Counted from the first letter of the stretch, positions 30,391 to 39,549 are shown. The stretch: DNA of 64,000 nucleotides from Polyangiaceae bacterium (GCA_965222375.1 CBDCTZ010000014.1:32001-96000); one strand, 5' to 3'. The notes: generated by a model from the sequence alone, not told the origin. Numbers and translations: made by a program.

Positions 30391-32310
30391 ATGAAGAACG
30401 CATCGTTGAGGTTGAGGTGGCTCGGCTCGCTGGCGGCGGCGGGCGCGCTCTGCGTTGGGTGTGGGTCCGAAGATGGCGGGTCCGGCGCCGGAGCTGGGGG
30501 GGCCGCTGGCAGTGCTGGCGGAGGTTCTGGCGGCGCGGCGGCTAGCGCCGGCAGCGGTGCTCAGGCGGGTAGCGGAGCCACAGCAGGCACTGCTGGGCAG
30601 TCGAATACCGGAGGCGCTGCCGGGATAGCAGGTGGTGGTGGAACTGCCGGCGGCACGGGCGGCGTTGGCGGCGGCACAGGCGGCGTTGGCGGCGGCACGG
30701 GGGGCACGGGCGCCGTTGGTGGCGGTACGGCCTCCGCGTCTTGCACCGTCCCGAGCAAGCTTCCCGCCGGTATCGACCTGCCGAAGCGATTCGTCGACAC
30801 GACCATGCCGACCCAGACCGGCAAACTGATTCAGGTGAAGTCCGGCGGCAACCTGCAGCAGGCGATCGATCAGGCGCAACCCGGCGACACCATTGAAGTT
30901 GAAGCGGGGGCGACGTTCTCGCCAATTCAGCTCAAGAACAAAGGCGCTTCAACGAAGTGGATCGTGATCCGCTCCTCCGCGATGAATCAACTGCCCGCCG
31001 AGGGCGTGCGCGTAAAACCCAGCGACGCCCAATACATGCCGAAGATCAATGTGCCCGGCAACAACAAGGCGGCGTTGACGACGGAGTCTGGAGCTCATCA
31101 CTATAGGATCATCGGTTTCGACTTCGGCGTCGACCCGACCGTGCCCGCCCACTACTCGGGAATCCTCACCTTGGGTGATCATCAAGAAACCGATCCCAAT
31201 AAAGTGGCGCATCACCTCGTCTTCGATCGAGTGTACATCCACGGTTTGAAGAACCCACCGGGTGGTGCGGGCTCTCGCGGTGTCAAACGCGGGGTGCAAT
31301 CCAACTGCGCTTACATGGCCGTCATCAACTCCTACATCGACGAGATCAAGTGGACCGATGATTCTCAAGGCATTGGCGGTTGGAATGGGCCAGGTCCTTT
31401 CAAGATCATCAACAATTACATCGAGGGCGCCGGTGAGAACATCATGTTCGGCGGTGCCACCGCGAAGAATGCTTCGATGGAGGCGCAGGATGTGGAGATC
31501 TGCGGCAACCACATCGCCAAGGATCTGAGCTGGCAGACCAAGGCCGGTCAAAAGGATGCCTGGATCAGCGTCAAGAACCTATTCGAGCTCAAACACGGTC
31601 ACCGAATCCTCGTTTCTGGCAACGTGTTCGAGAACAACTGGGCGGATTCGCAGACTGGGCGCTCTGTCGTGATCAAGGCGGTGAACAACGCCGATACCGA
31701 GGACCTGGTTTTCGTCTACAACATCGTTCGCAATTCGACCCTGGGCTGGAACCTAACGAGCAGCCAGGGCTGCAACGGCTGCACAGTCGAAGACTTGTAC
31801 TTCGCCCACAACATCGTGGACAAGCTCGGTCCGGATAGTACCCACGGCGGTCAAGGGCGAGCGCTCCAAGTACTGCAGGGCAGTACCCCCGGGGGCATCA
31901 AGAATCTGGTGATCGATCACAACACCTGGATCAACCACTACAACGTCACGGATTTCAGTGGGAAGCCTTCGGTGACAGGCTACGTCTACACGAACAATAT
32001 CGTCGCTCATGGTCAGTACGGCATCCATCTATCCGGCGGCCCCGCCGGCCCGGAAGTGAACCATCTCAACGTGGCGGCCCCCGGGTTCACGTTCGAGGGC
32101 AACCTCATCGCTGGAGGGACTGCGTCGGGCTGGGGCGTGAGCGCGAGCAACGCCTTCCCGGCGAATTTCGGCGCTGTCGGGTTCACCAACCTGGGCGGAG
32201 GGAACTACTCCCTCACCGCATCCAGCCCCTACAAAGGAAAGGCCACCGACGGCACGGATCCCGGCGCGGACTACGCGGCGGTGGCCAAGGCCACTCAGGG
32301 GGTGAAGTAG
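30391..32310 (+). CDS. Right-handed beta-helix (pectin lyase-like) lipoprotein
   Basis: Lipobox CVGC, NLQQAIDQAQPGDTI, Asn-ladder strands, DGTDPGAD tail. Confidence 0.8.
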   Translation: MKNASLRLRWLGSLAAAGALCVGCGSEDGGSGAGAGGAAGSAGGGSGGAAASAGSGAQAGSGATAGTAGQSNTGGAAGIAGGGGTAGGTGGVGGGTGGVGGGTGGTGAVGGGTASASCTVPSKLPAGIDLPKRFVDTTMPTQTGKLIQVKSGGNLQQAIDQAQPGDTIEVEAGATFSPIQLKNKGASTKWIVIRSSAMNQLPAEGVRVKPSDAQYMPKINVPGNNKAALTTESGAHHYRIIGFDFGVDPTVPAHYSGILTLGDHQETDPNKVAHHLVFDRVYIHGLKNPPGGAGSRGVKRGVQSNCAYMAVINSYIDEIKWTDDSQGIGGWNGPGPFKIINNYIEGAGENIMFGGATAKNASMEAQDVEICGNHIAKDLSWQTKAGQKDAWISVKNLFELKHGHRILVSGNVFENNWADSQTGRSVVIKAVNNADTEDLVFVYNIVRNSTLGWNLTSSQGCNGCTVEDLYFAHNIVDKLGPDSTHGGQGRALQVLQGSTPGGIKNLVIDHNTWINHYNVTDFSGKPSVTGYVYTNNIVAHGQYGIHLSGGPAGPEVNHLNVAAPGFTFEGNLIAGGTASGWGVSASNAFPANFGAVGFTNLGGGNYSLTASSPYKGKATDGTDPGADYAAVAKATQGVK

Positions 32311-32317
32311 GCCCGGC

Positions 32318-32979
32318 TCACTTGCCGAGGATCTGCTTCATCTTCGCCGAACCTTCGAACGCGCTCTTCACCTGAATCATGGTGTGTGCGTAGCCGTCCA
32401 CGGCGGGCAATCCCGTAATGCACCAGCCCGGGATGTCGGGTCGCGGCACGAGTTTGCCGAAGGGGTCGATGCCGGCCACGAAGATCTGCCCCACCGCGTT
32501 CGGACCGCCCGGGGGTGGATAGTAGGCGTGGCCACCCGCGCTGATTTTGGTGAGCGTCGGACCACGCCCCACTTCCAACACATCAAACGTGATGTGGTCG
32601 CCGCCAGCTCCCGAGCACTCGCCGTCTATTCGCACGACCTTGAGCACGGCGACGCTGCACGAGGTCGCGATGGCGCTTTCCGTGCTCGCGTCCGAAGCTC
32701 CACCCTCCGCACAAACGCCTCCATCTGCGGTTTGGCCGCCGGCGCCTCCCAAGCTGGCGTCCACTGGGCTCCCTCCGCTGCCCCCGGTCGCACTGCCCCC
32801 CGAACCGGCGGTACCCCCGCTCGCTGCGCCGCGCTCGCGACCGCTCCGGTTCCGCCAGAAGCGGTCTGGCCCCCGCTCCCGCTTTTGCCCCCGGTGGCCG
32901 GATTGCCGTCGCTCTCCGTATCGCCGGAACACGCGATTACGGCAAAAGAGATCAGGGCGGGGATGGCGAAGCGCGTCAT
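32318..32979 (-). pseudogene. Lipoprotein gene split by a 1-nt frameshift near 32832
   Basis: Signal/lipobox VIAC in one frame, Gly-linker and folded domain continue in another; adding one G restores VASGGAASGG. Confidence 0.7.
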
Positions 32980-33217
32980 GTTTCGAGCATACGCCGCCGT
33001 CGCCGCTTGTCACCCAGCGCGGAGCAAGTTCTTGCGAAAAGGGGGCTCGCTCGCGTGCCCAGAGCCGCAAGATCGGCCCCTCAGCGCTTCAGGGCATCGG
33101 CACATCCGCCAGGGTGAACTCTACGCCGAAGTTCCGCCTGCGGTACCTGCGCTTCCTTCCGCGTCGAGTGGGTTTCGTAGGCAGCGCGGGAGGGCGCCGG
33201 GTGCGTGACCGTCGGAT

Positions 33218-33934
33218 TCAAGTCGAGCATTTTCTTGCACTCCTGGCCTGTTCCAAGATCGCGTTGTTGGCCCAGGCATGAAATTCGAAAACCATGGCGC
33301 GGGCCGAAGCCGAGTCTGCTTTTCGGATCGCGTCGAGTAAGAGTCGGTGCCCCCGCACTTCGGCTGCCCGCTGCCGAGCGGTGTAGAGCAGAGGGGAGAG
33401 CTGCTGTGCGATCTGTCGATGCCAATGCGACAGCATCACGAAGAGTCGGTTGTTGGACGCATGAGCGAGGGCGAGCCCAAAGTCATCCACGGCGGTGAAG
33501 GCGTCGTCGCTCCCCGCCGGGGCTGCTTCAATTCGTTCGACGATCGCTTCGAGCTCTTCAAGGTCAGCTTCGCTACGCCGCTCGGCCACGAGCCCGGCGA
33601 GATGGGCATCCAAAGTCGCGCGGATCTCCAGGAACTCCGCGAGAAAGTCCGGGTCCAGCTGCCCGTGAGGGTCGACCAAGAGCGCGCTGATGACTTTGGG
33701 GGTCAGCGACTCCATCGGATCGAGCACCTCGGTGCCCCGCCGCCGCCGCGGCTCGACCAGGCGATGCACTTCGAGCAGCTTGTTCGCTTCCCGAACCACG
33801 CTGCGGTTCACCCCATAGTCTGCCGCCAGATCTTCTTCCCGCGGCAGGATCGAGCCCACGGGCAGCTGTCCGTATACGATGCGCCCGATCAGGTCGTTGG
33901 CGACCTGGTCGGCCTTTCTGGGGCTTTCCGGCAT
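33218..33934 (-). CDS. GntR/FadR-family regulator
   Basis: LPREEDLAADYGVNRSVVREA HTH; FCD-like C-terminus. Confidence 0.92.
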   Translation of the reverse strand: MPESPRKADQVANDLIGRIVYGQLPVGSILPREEDLAADYGVNRSVVREANKLLEVHRLVEPRRRRGTEVLDPMESLTPKVISALLVDPHGQLDPDFLAEFLEIRATLDAHLAGLVAERRSEADLEELEAIVERIEAAPAGSDDAFTAVDDFGLALAHASNNRLFVMLSHWHRQIAQQLSPLLYTARQRAAEVRGHRLLLDAIRKADSASARAMVFEFHAWANNAILEQARSARKCST

Positions 33935-33944
33935 GAATCAGGCC

Positions 33945-33974
33945 GTATAATATGTCGGACTTATTCAGAGTCAA
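33945..33974 (-). promoter_or_regulatory. Sigma-70 promoter with overlapping FadR-type operator
   Basis: TTGACT-16-TATTAT on minus strand; dyad aatatgtc-g-gacttatt at 33949-33965. Confidence 0.65.
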
Positions 33975-34080
33975 GGCCGCCGGGCCCGATTTTCAGCGAT
34001 TGCCCCAAAGGCCCGCCTGGGACAGGCTCGGCGCCTCGCTGGGCTGGTGCGGGGCGGCGACGTTTTGGAGGCAGATACGG

Positions 34081-34452
34081 ATGACTGATGGGCCGAACAA
34101 AGACCACGGAACTCCCAGTGAGCGGCGGCGCTCGCAGCGCGTGCCAGTCGAGGTTTCGTTGGGAGTGCACAGCGAAAGCAACTTCTTCTCGGGGCTGACT
34201 CAGGATATCTCCGACGGCGGGCTCTTCGTTGCGACGCACACGCCGTTGCCCGCGGGCACTCACGTGACCGTCAACTTCGCTCTTCCCGGTTGCCCCGAAA
34301 TCTCTGCCGAAGGGGATGTGGTTTGGGTCAGCGAACCCATTACCGGGCACCCCGGAATGGGCGTGAAGTTCACGAATTTGAGCTCGGAGAACGAAGCACT
34401 GATCCGCCGCTTCATGGCCAAGCGCGAGCCCATCTATCACGACATGGATTGA
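34081..34452 (+). CDS. PilZ-domain protein (myxobacterial TIGR02266-like)
   Basis: ERRRSQR, SESNFFSG, DISDGGLFV, PGMGVKF. Confidence 0.9.
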   Translation: MTDGPNKDHGTPSERRRSQRVPVEVSLGVHSESNFFSGLTQDISDGGLFVATHTPLPAGTHVTVNFALPGCPEISAEGDVVWVSEPITGHPGMGVKFTNLSSENEALIRRFMAKREPIYHDMD

Positions 34453-34476
34453 CCCGCTGTTCCGCTATTGCCCGCT

Positions 34477-34724
34477 TCAGAGAGAGAACAGGAGGCGGGA
34501 AGGTTGGGAAGGAAGAGGGTTTGGGTTTGTTCGGATCTGTCGCTCCATGCCGCCCGAGCTGCCCCCGCTCGAGCCACCGCACTCGTGCGCGTTGGTGCTC
34601 CGAGCTGGCCCCTGCTCGAGCCACCGCACTCGTCCGCCTTGGCCCAGTGCTAGACGCGAGACCCTTCTGCGCCCCGCGACGCGAACCAATCCCCCTTTCT
34701 CTGACCTTCCCAACCTTCCCGCCT
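34477..34724. repeat. REP/MITE-like element with long terminal inverted repeats; right arm interrupted by the IS and continuing at 36392-36410
   Basis: aggaggcgggaaggttgggaagg (34490-34512) inverted at 34705-34727; internal ~33-bp direct repeats at 34554-34586 and 34600-34633. Confidence 0.8.
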
Positions 34725-34846
34725 CCTAGAGGGGGAGATGTCAAGGGCAGATCGATCCCCGATCGGTACGAGAGCAGGTACCGCCCTCCTAGAGGGGGAG
34801 ATGTCAAGGGCAGATCGATCCCCGATCGGTACGAGAGCAGTTACCG
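34722..34846. repeat. 63-bp tandem duplication of the IS right end
   Basis: cctcctagagggggagatgtcaaggg...taccg at 34722-34783 and 34785-34846. Confidence 0.95.
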
Positions 34847-34973
34847 TCCTTGCGTCGATTGGGTGACAGACTCGGCCGAGAGTTGACCGGTCACCCTGCC
34901 GACGTTCCGGCGTTGAAGTCACGTCGAGTCGGACCGGTGCAGTTGATCGGTCGGCGTGACTCGAGCTCGATGG

Positions 34974-35095
34974 AGGGGCAGTGCTCGTGGATCGGCGGGC
35001 GTCGGCATCTGAAGCGGCTTGTGTGCTGCGCAAGGGGCAGTGCTCGTGGATCGGCGGGCGTCGGCATCTGAAGCGGCTTGTGTGCTGCGCAAGGG
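34974..35095. repeat. 59-bp perfect tandem duplication inside the IS non-coding region
   Basis: aggggcagtgctcgtgg...gtgctgcgca at 34974-35032 and 35033-35091. Confidence 0.95.
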
Positions 35096-35240
35096 CGGGC
35101 ACCAACCTCCTAGTGGGGACTCTTCTTTGGTCCATGACTTCAGCCGGTAACTCCGAGAGGGCATAGTCTTCCTGTGGGGGCTTGCCGCTACATCAGCAGC
35201 CCAGGCGGGAAGTGGATGCTTCCTCTCGAAACCGGTGAGC
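35060..35240 (-). ncRNA. Predicted bridge/seek RNA of the IS1111-type element (boundaries approximate)
   Basis: Outer stem 35144-35164/35216-35235 and inner hairpin 35178-35202 enclose loop strands matching both halves of the insertion target. Confidence 0.75.
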
Positions 35241-35292
35241 CGCGCCGAGAGCGGGCGAGTTGCCAGCCATCGGGGCGTGACGACGACGCTGG

Positions 35293-36136
35293 CTATGAGC
35301 GCTGCGTTTGCTTCGTCGGGTCGTAGGTCTCCTTGTTCTTCCACATGGCGAGCACGGCGGCAGAGACGCGCCGCGCGACGGTGAGCTTGGCTAGATTCGG
35401 CTTGATCCCGGATGCCAGCATACGCTGATACGCTTGCTGCAAGGGATGGTCGGTCATGCGGGCCACGGTAACCGCGGCTCCCTTGAAGACGTTCTTCAAG
35501 ACGGGCTGATGGTTGCGATTGAGGCCACGAGTTTGCGCAACATCCGTTCGAAACCAGCGCCCATCGCGCTGCACGTAGTCCGAACTCGAGCGCATTACGA
35601 CTCCGAGCCCGCAGTACGCCCAGAATTGGCGGCTGGTACGAAAGCGGTGTGGCGAGAGCACCATAGCGACGATCTGACTCGCGCGAATCAGTCCGATGCC
35701 AGGGGCGGTAGACAACATCGCCACAATGGGCACCCGTTTGGCCTCCCGAGAGAGCCAGTTCTCGGCCGCCTCGTGTGTTTGCACCAGAGCATCGAGCTCT
35801 GCGACGAAATGATTGGTCATCACGCGCTGCGCGGGAGGCAACTTCTCGAGCCAGTCCTGCCGGCGCTGTGGGTCGTAGATGGCTGAGCCAAAGCCGTGGA
35901 GGCCCCGCGAGCGATAGCAGGCATGCACGCGATTCTTGACTCGTACCAGATCTTGTTGGGTCAAGATGTAGGCGCGTGATGCCTTGCGCAGTAAGGCGAA
36001 GAGCGTGGGCGCTTTGAAAACACGCACGACGGAGCGGCTTTGGACGCGCATGGCTTCCGCAGCTGCCCAAGCATCGCTGATATCGTTCTTCGCAGCTGCT
36101 GGTGTGCGCGTCGATTCCAACGTAACGTATACTCAT
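35293..36136 (-). pseudogene. IS110-family transposase with frameshifting internal deletion
   Basis: AAGGAG RBS, MSIRYVGIDAH..SC joined out of frame to KNDISDA; intact C-terminal PGIG...RF...FWAYCGL....SS domain. Confidence 0.9.
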
Positions 36137-36537
36137 CGGCGTTCTCCTTGTTTTGGGTTGAGGAACCGACAGGGTAGGGCGCCGGTATTCGTTTGTGCAG
36201 GCGGAGGTCCTTGCCGCGCGCAAAACGACTCACAACCGGCGAAGGGGGCCTGACGCGCCAGAGCACGGCCACAGCATTTCCTTCCAGCCGATGCCCATCA
36301 GGTCTCGCGTCTTCGCCGTCAGCACCGCCACCAGGCCGATGCACGCGATGCTCGAAGCAGCGGATCCAAGCGCCACCCCCCTCTTATGTCTTCCTGTTGA
36401 TTCCCCCTGATCGAGGCATGACGGGTGGCAGGGCGTCTGTCTGCACGATACCTCCACACAAGGCACTTGCGTCCTTCGCGGTGGCTCCACGGGAGCGGGC
36501 CATCTTGAGGCTGGACCCAGCCAACAGAGGTCAATGC

Positions 36538-38067
36538 ATGGATGTTCGACAAATCAAGTCTGCCACCAATCTGGCTCCTTTGCCCCGAGCCATGCAGGAG
36601 CCACCCCCGCTCTCGAGTCGCCCGTCGCCGGCACCCGCGCCGCGTACGGCCCTGCTCATCAATCCCTTCTACCCAAAGGACCGCTTTGCGAGCTTCGGTA
36701 AACACGTGCTCACGCCGACGCTGGCCCTCACTAGCGTGGCGGGCGCCACTCCGAAGAGCTGGAGTGTTCGCTACTGGGACGAAAACCTGCTCCAGGGCTC
36801 TCCCCCGCTAGAACCCTTCCCGCAGGTCGTCGGAATCACGGTTCATCTGACCTTCGCCACGCGAGCCTACGCCCTGGCTGACTACTACCGCAGCCGGGGA
36901 GCGGTCGTGGTGCTCGGTGGTTTGCATGCAAGCAGTTGTCCGGAGCAAGTCGCCCGGCACGCTGATGCCGTGGTGGTTGGCGACGGCGTTACGGCCTGGC
37001 CCGAAGTACTACGCGACGTGGAGCATGGCAGGTTGCAGAAGCGCTATGACGGAAGCTTCGCGACACCCTACGCAGACGACCCGCCGCCTCGCCGCGACTT
37101 GCTCGCGCGACAAAGCTATTTGACCACTACGAGCTTGATCGCGACACGCGGCTGTCACAATCGCTGTGGCTTTTGCTATTTGGCCACCGATGGTTTGTTC
37201 ATGCCGTATCGCATGCGTCGGGTGCAGCAGGTCGTCGCGGAGTTCTTGGCCGACGACACGCCCTACGCGGTGTTCACGGACAACAACCTAGGCTCACGCC
37301 CGGAGTACCTGCGAGCGCTGTGTCGCGGCTTGCGACCTCATGACAAGATTTGGAGCGCGGCCGTCACCATCGACGTGACCGACGACGTGAGCCTCGTGCG
37401 TGAGATGGCGCTATCGGGGTGTACGGCGGTATTTGTCGGGTTCGAGTCTCTCAACGGGGCAAACCTGGAAGACGCCAAGAAGAGAACGCCACGCCCCCAG
37501 GACTACGCGCGCCGAGTGCGCATCCTTCACGATCACGGAATCGCGGTGAACGGCAGCTTCGTGCTGGGCTTTGACCATGACCGCAAGGACGTGTTTTCGC
37601 GAACCGCACACTGGGTAGAGGAAAACCGTCTGGAGTGCGCGACGTTTCACATTCTGACGCCCTACCCGCAGACCCCGCTGTTCCGGCAGTTTAAGGCTGA
37701 GGGGCGCTTGCTGCACGAAGATTGGGAGCGCTACGACACCGCCCACGCGGTGTTCCACCCAAAACACATGACCCCGGAAGAGCTCGAGCAGGGATACGTC
37801 TGGATGTACCAGCGGCTGTTTTCTGCAGCGTCTATTTGGCGTCGTCGTCCGGAACGCAGCAATGAAGTGCCCGCCTACATGGCGATGAGTCTGCTGTACA
37901 AGCGCGCCAACACGCTGTGGCCCTTCCTGATCAAGCACCGGCTGACGGCTCAGGTTTGGCGCCCCATGGTCGAAGCGGCGCGCATCCGGCATCTGTTCTA
38001 CCGACGTCGACTGGCCAGAGAGCCGGTTCCTGCGCTGCCCGCCGCGCCCATCTACGCTGGAGTGTGA
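36538..38067 (+). CDS. B12-binding radical SAM protein
   Basis: VVLGGLHAS B12-binding region, TRGCHNRCGFC CxxxCxxC, VFVGFES, ILTPYP.TP; start may be 36592. Confidence 0.9.
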   Translation: MDVRQIKSATNLAPLPRAMQEPPPLSSRPSPAPAPRTALLINPFYPKDRFASFGKHVLTPTLALTSVAGATPKSWSVRYWDENLLQGSPPLEPFPQVVGITVHLTFATRAYALADYYRSRGAVVVLGGLHASSCPEQVARHADAVVVGDGVTAWPEVLRDVEHGRLQKRYDGSFATPYADDPPPRRDLLARQSYLTTTSLIATRGCHNRCGFCYLATDGLFMPYRMRRVQQVVAEFLADDTPYAVFTDNNLGSRPEYLRALCRGLRPHDKIWSAAVTIDVTDDVSLVREMALSGCTAVFVGFESLNGANLEDAKKRTPRPQDYARRVRILHDHGIAVNGSFVLGFDHDRKDVFSRTAHWVEENRLECATFHILTPYPQTPLFRQFKAEGRLLHEDWERYDTAHAVFHPKHMTPEELEQGYVWMYQRLFSAASIWRRRPERSNEVPAYMAMSLLYKRANTLWPFLIKHRLTAQVWRPMVEAARIRHLFYRRRLAREPVPALPAAPIYAGV

Positions 38068-38286
38068 CGCGTGTCCCCGCACAGGTTGCGCGCGGCTTTC
38101 TCGTGCGCGTCCGCGCACTTGCAGCGACTCCAGCACCCTGACTCGCTTGCCCTACCGAAAAGATGTTCACCCCCAAGGGTGAGGCGGGCCGACTACACGT
38201 AGCGATTGTGGTCCGCCGCGGTGTTGTCGTGCTAAATTTCGGTCAACGCTCTAGCAGTGTTTGCTTGGAGTCCGGAGGCGACCGAG

Positions 38287-39495
38287 ATGCGTGCAATGAC
38301 AGGCGTGTGGAGGAAAGCAACAGTAGCCGCGATGGTGTTGGCCTGCGGCTGGGCGGTCAACTGTGGCGGCACCGAGGACGACAATCTGGTGTCGCCCTGC
38401 AAAGGCGAACTCAAGGGTATTTGTGGCGGTGCCTGCACCAAGAACACGGATTGCGAGTCGGGTCTGTATTGCGGTGGCGACAGCACCTGCACCGCCGACT
38501 GCACCGTAGGTAGCGGCCACTGTAAAGACGGCAAGATTTGCGACATCGTGGGCAAGTGTGTGCCGGGGATCAACGTGGGCGGCAATGGCGCCGATGGCGG
38601 TAGCGCCGAGGGTTGCGTCAAGGCCAACGTCAGCTTCGAAAAAACCACGCCCACAGTCATGCTGCTGATCGACCAGTCCGGCAGCATGGACTCGAACTTC
38701 GGCGGTAGTGATCGCTGGAACACCGTACGCGACGCCCTGATGAACCCGAGCACCGGTATCGTGAAGACCCTGGAGAACGAGGTGCGCTTCGGCTTGGCAC
38801 TGTACACGGGCAAGGGCAACTCGGGCAATTCCTGCCCGAGCTTGGTCGAGGTCAATATCTCTTTGGGTAACTACGCTGCGATCAAGGCCGTCTACGATCA
38901 GGAGCAGCCCGAGAACGACACGCCGACGGGCGAGAGCATTGATGAAGTCGTCAAGACTCTCGTTCCATACAAGGAGCCGGGCCCGAAGGTCATCGTGTTG
39001 GCGACGGATGGAGAGCCCGATACCTGCGCGGTACCCAATCCCCAGAACGGACAACCCGAGAGCATCAAGGCGGCTCAAGACGCGTTCAAGGCGGGCATTG
39101 AAACCTACGTGATCAGTGTCGGTCAGGGTGTGAGCCTCAATCACCTGCAAGACATGGCCAACGCCGGCAAGGGGCTTCCCGTCGGTGGTGCGCAGAACGC
39201 CACCTATTACCAAGCCAACAATCAGTCGGCATTGGTGAGCGCCTTCAACGAGATCATCTACGGTGTGCGCTCCTGCAAGTTCACCCTCGACGGCCAAGTA
39301 GAAGCGAGCGAAGCGGGCAAGGGTACAGTTTTGCTGGATGGCAAGCCGTTGACCTACAACGATCCCAACGGTTGGAAGCTGAACCCGCCCAGCGAGGTCG
39401 AAATCACGGGAACGGCCTGCGATACCATCAAGAGTGGCGATCACAAGGTGGCCATCGACTTCCCCTGCGGCGTCTACAGTCCACCGGTTCAGTAG
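38287..39495 (+). CDS. VWA-domain lipoprotein
   Basis: DQSGSM MIDAS, TPTG, LATDGEP; Cys-rich N-terminus. Confidence 0.9.
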   Translation: MRAMTGVWRKATVAAMVLACGWAVNCGGTEDDNLVSPCKGELKGICGGACTKNTDCESGLYCGGDSTCTADCTVGSGHCKDGKICDIVGKCVPGINVGGNGADGGSAEGCVKANVSFEKTTPTVMLLIDQSGSMDSNFGGSDRWNTVRDALMNPSTGIVKTLENEVRFGLALYTGKGNSGNSCPSLVEVNISLGNYAAIKAVYDQEQPENDTPTGESIDEVVKTLVPYKEPGPKVIVLATDGEPDTCAVPNPQNGQPESIKAAQDAFKAGIETYVISVGQGVSLNHLQDMANAGKGLPVGGAQNATYYQANNQSALVSAFNEIIYGVRSCKFTLDGQVEASEAGKGTVLLDGKPLTYNDPNGWKLNPPSEVEITGTACDTIKSGDHKVAIDFPCGVYSPPVQ

Positions 39496-39549
39496 ACCCG
39501 GGGCCCAGGGCCCTCCGGGAATAACGCTGCGCCGCGCCGCGTAGAACGC

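Larger units (their letters stand above)
34725..36391 (-). mobile_element. IS110-family, IS1111-type insertion sequence (non-autonomous)
   Basis: Transposase remnant; CT/AG core at 34723-34724 and 36390-36391; sub-terminal IR agaggggg (34728-34735) / ccccctct (36377-36384); long non-coding region downstream of the transposase. Confidence 0.9.

Noticed and set aside
28828..30879. Long antisense ORFs (also 3170-4660, 41851-42945, 50585-51931)
   Set aside because: Shadow frames of well-supported genes in high-GC DNA, with no recognisable motifs
34919..36223. 434-aa minus-strand ORF as a real protein
   Set aside because: It is the transposase start running into the wrong frame after the deletion and on through non-coding repeats
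36137..36376. Bridge RNA in the upstream non-coding region of the IS
   Set aside because: I found no paired matches to the target there; the matches lie downstream of the transposase
34724..36395. 4-bp TCCT/AGGA target-site duplication for the IS
   Set aside because: A 2-nt AG core fits the guide overlap, IR offsets and 17-nt junction promoter spacing better
36193..36537. N-terminal extension of the radical SAM ORF
   Set aside because: It crosses the IS left end and the repeat arm; the recognisable domain starts after about 36640
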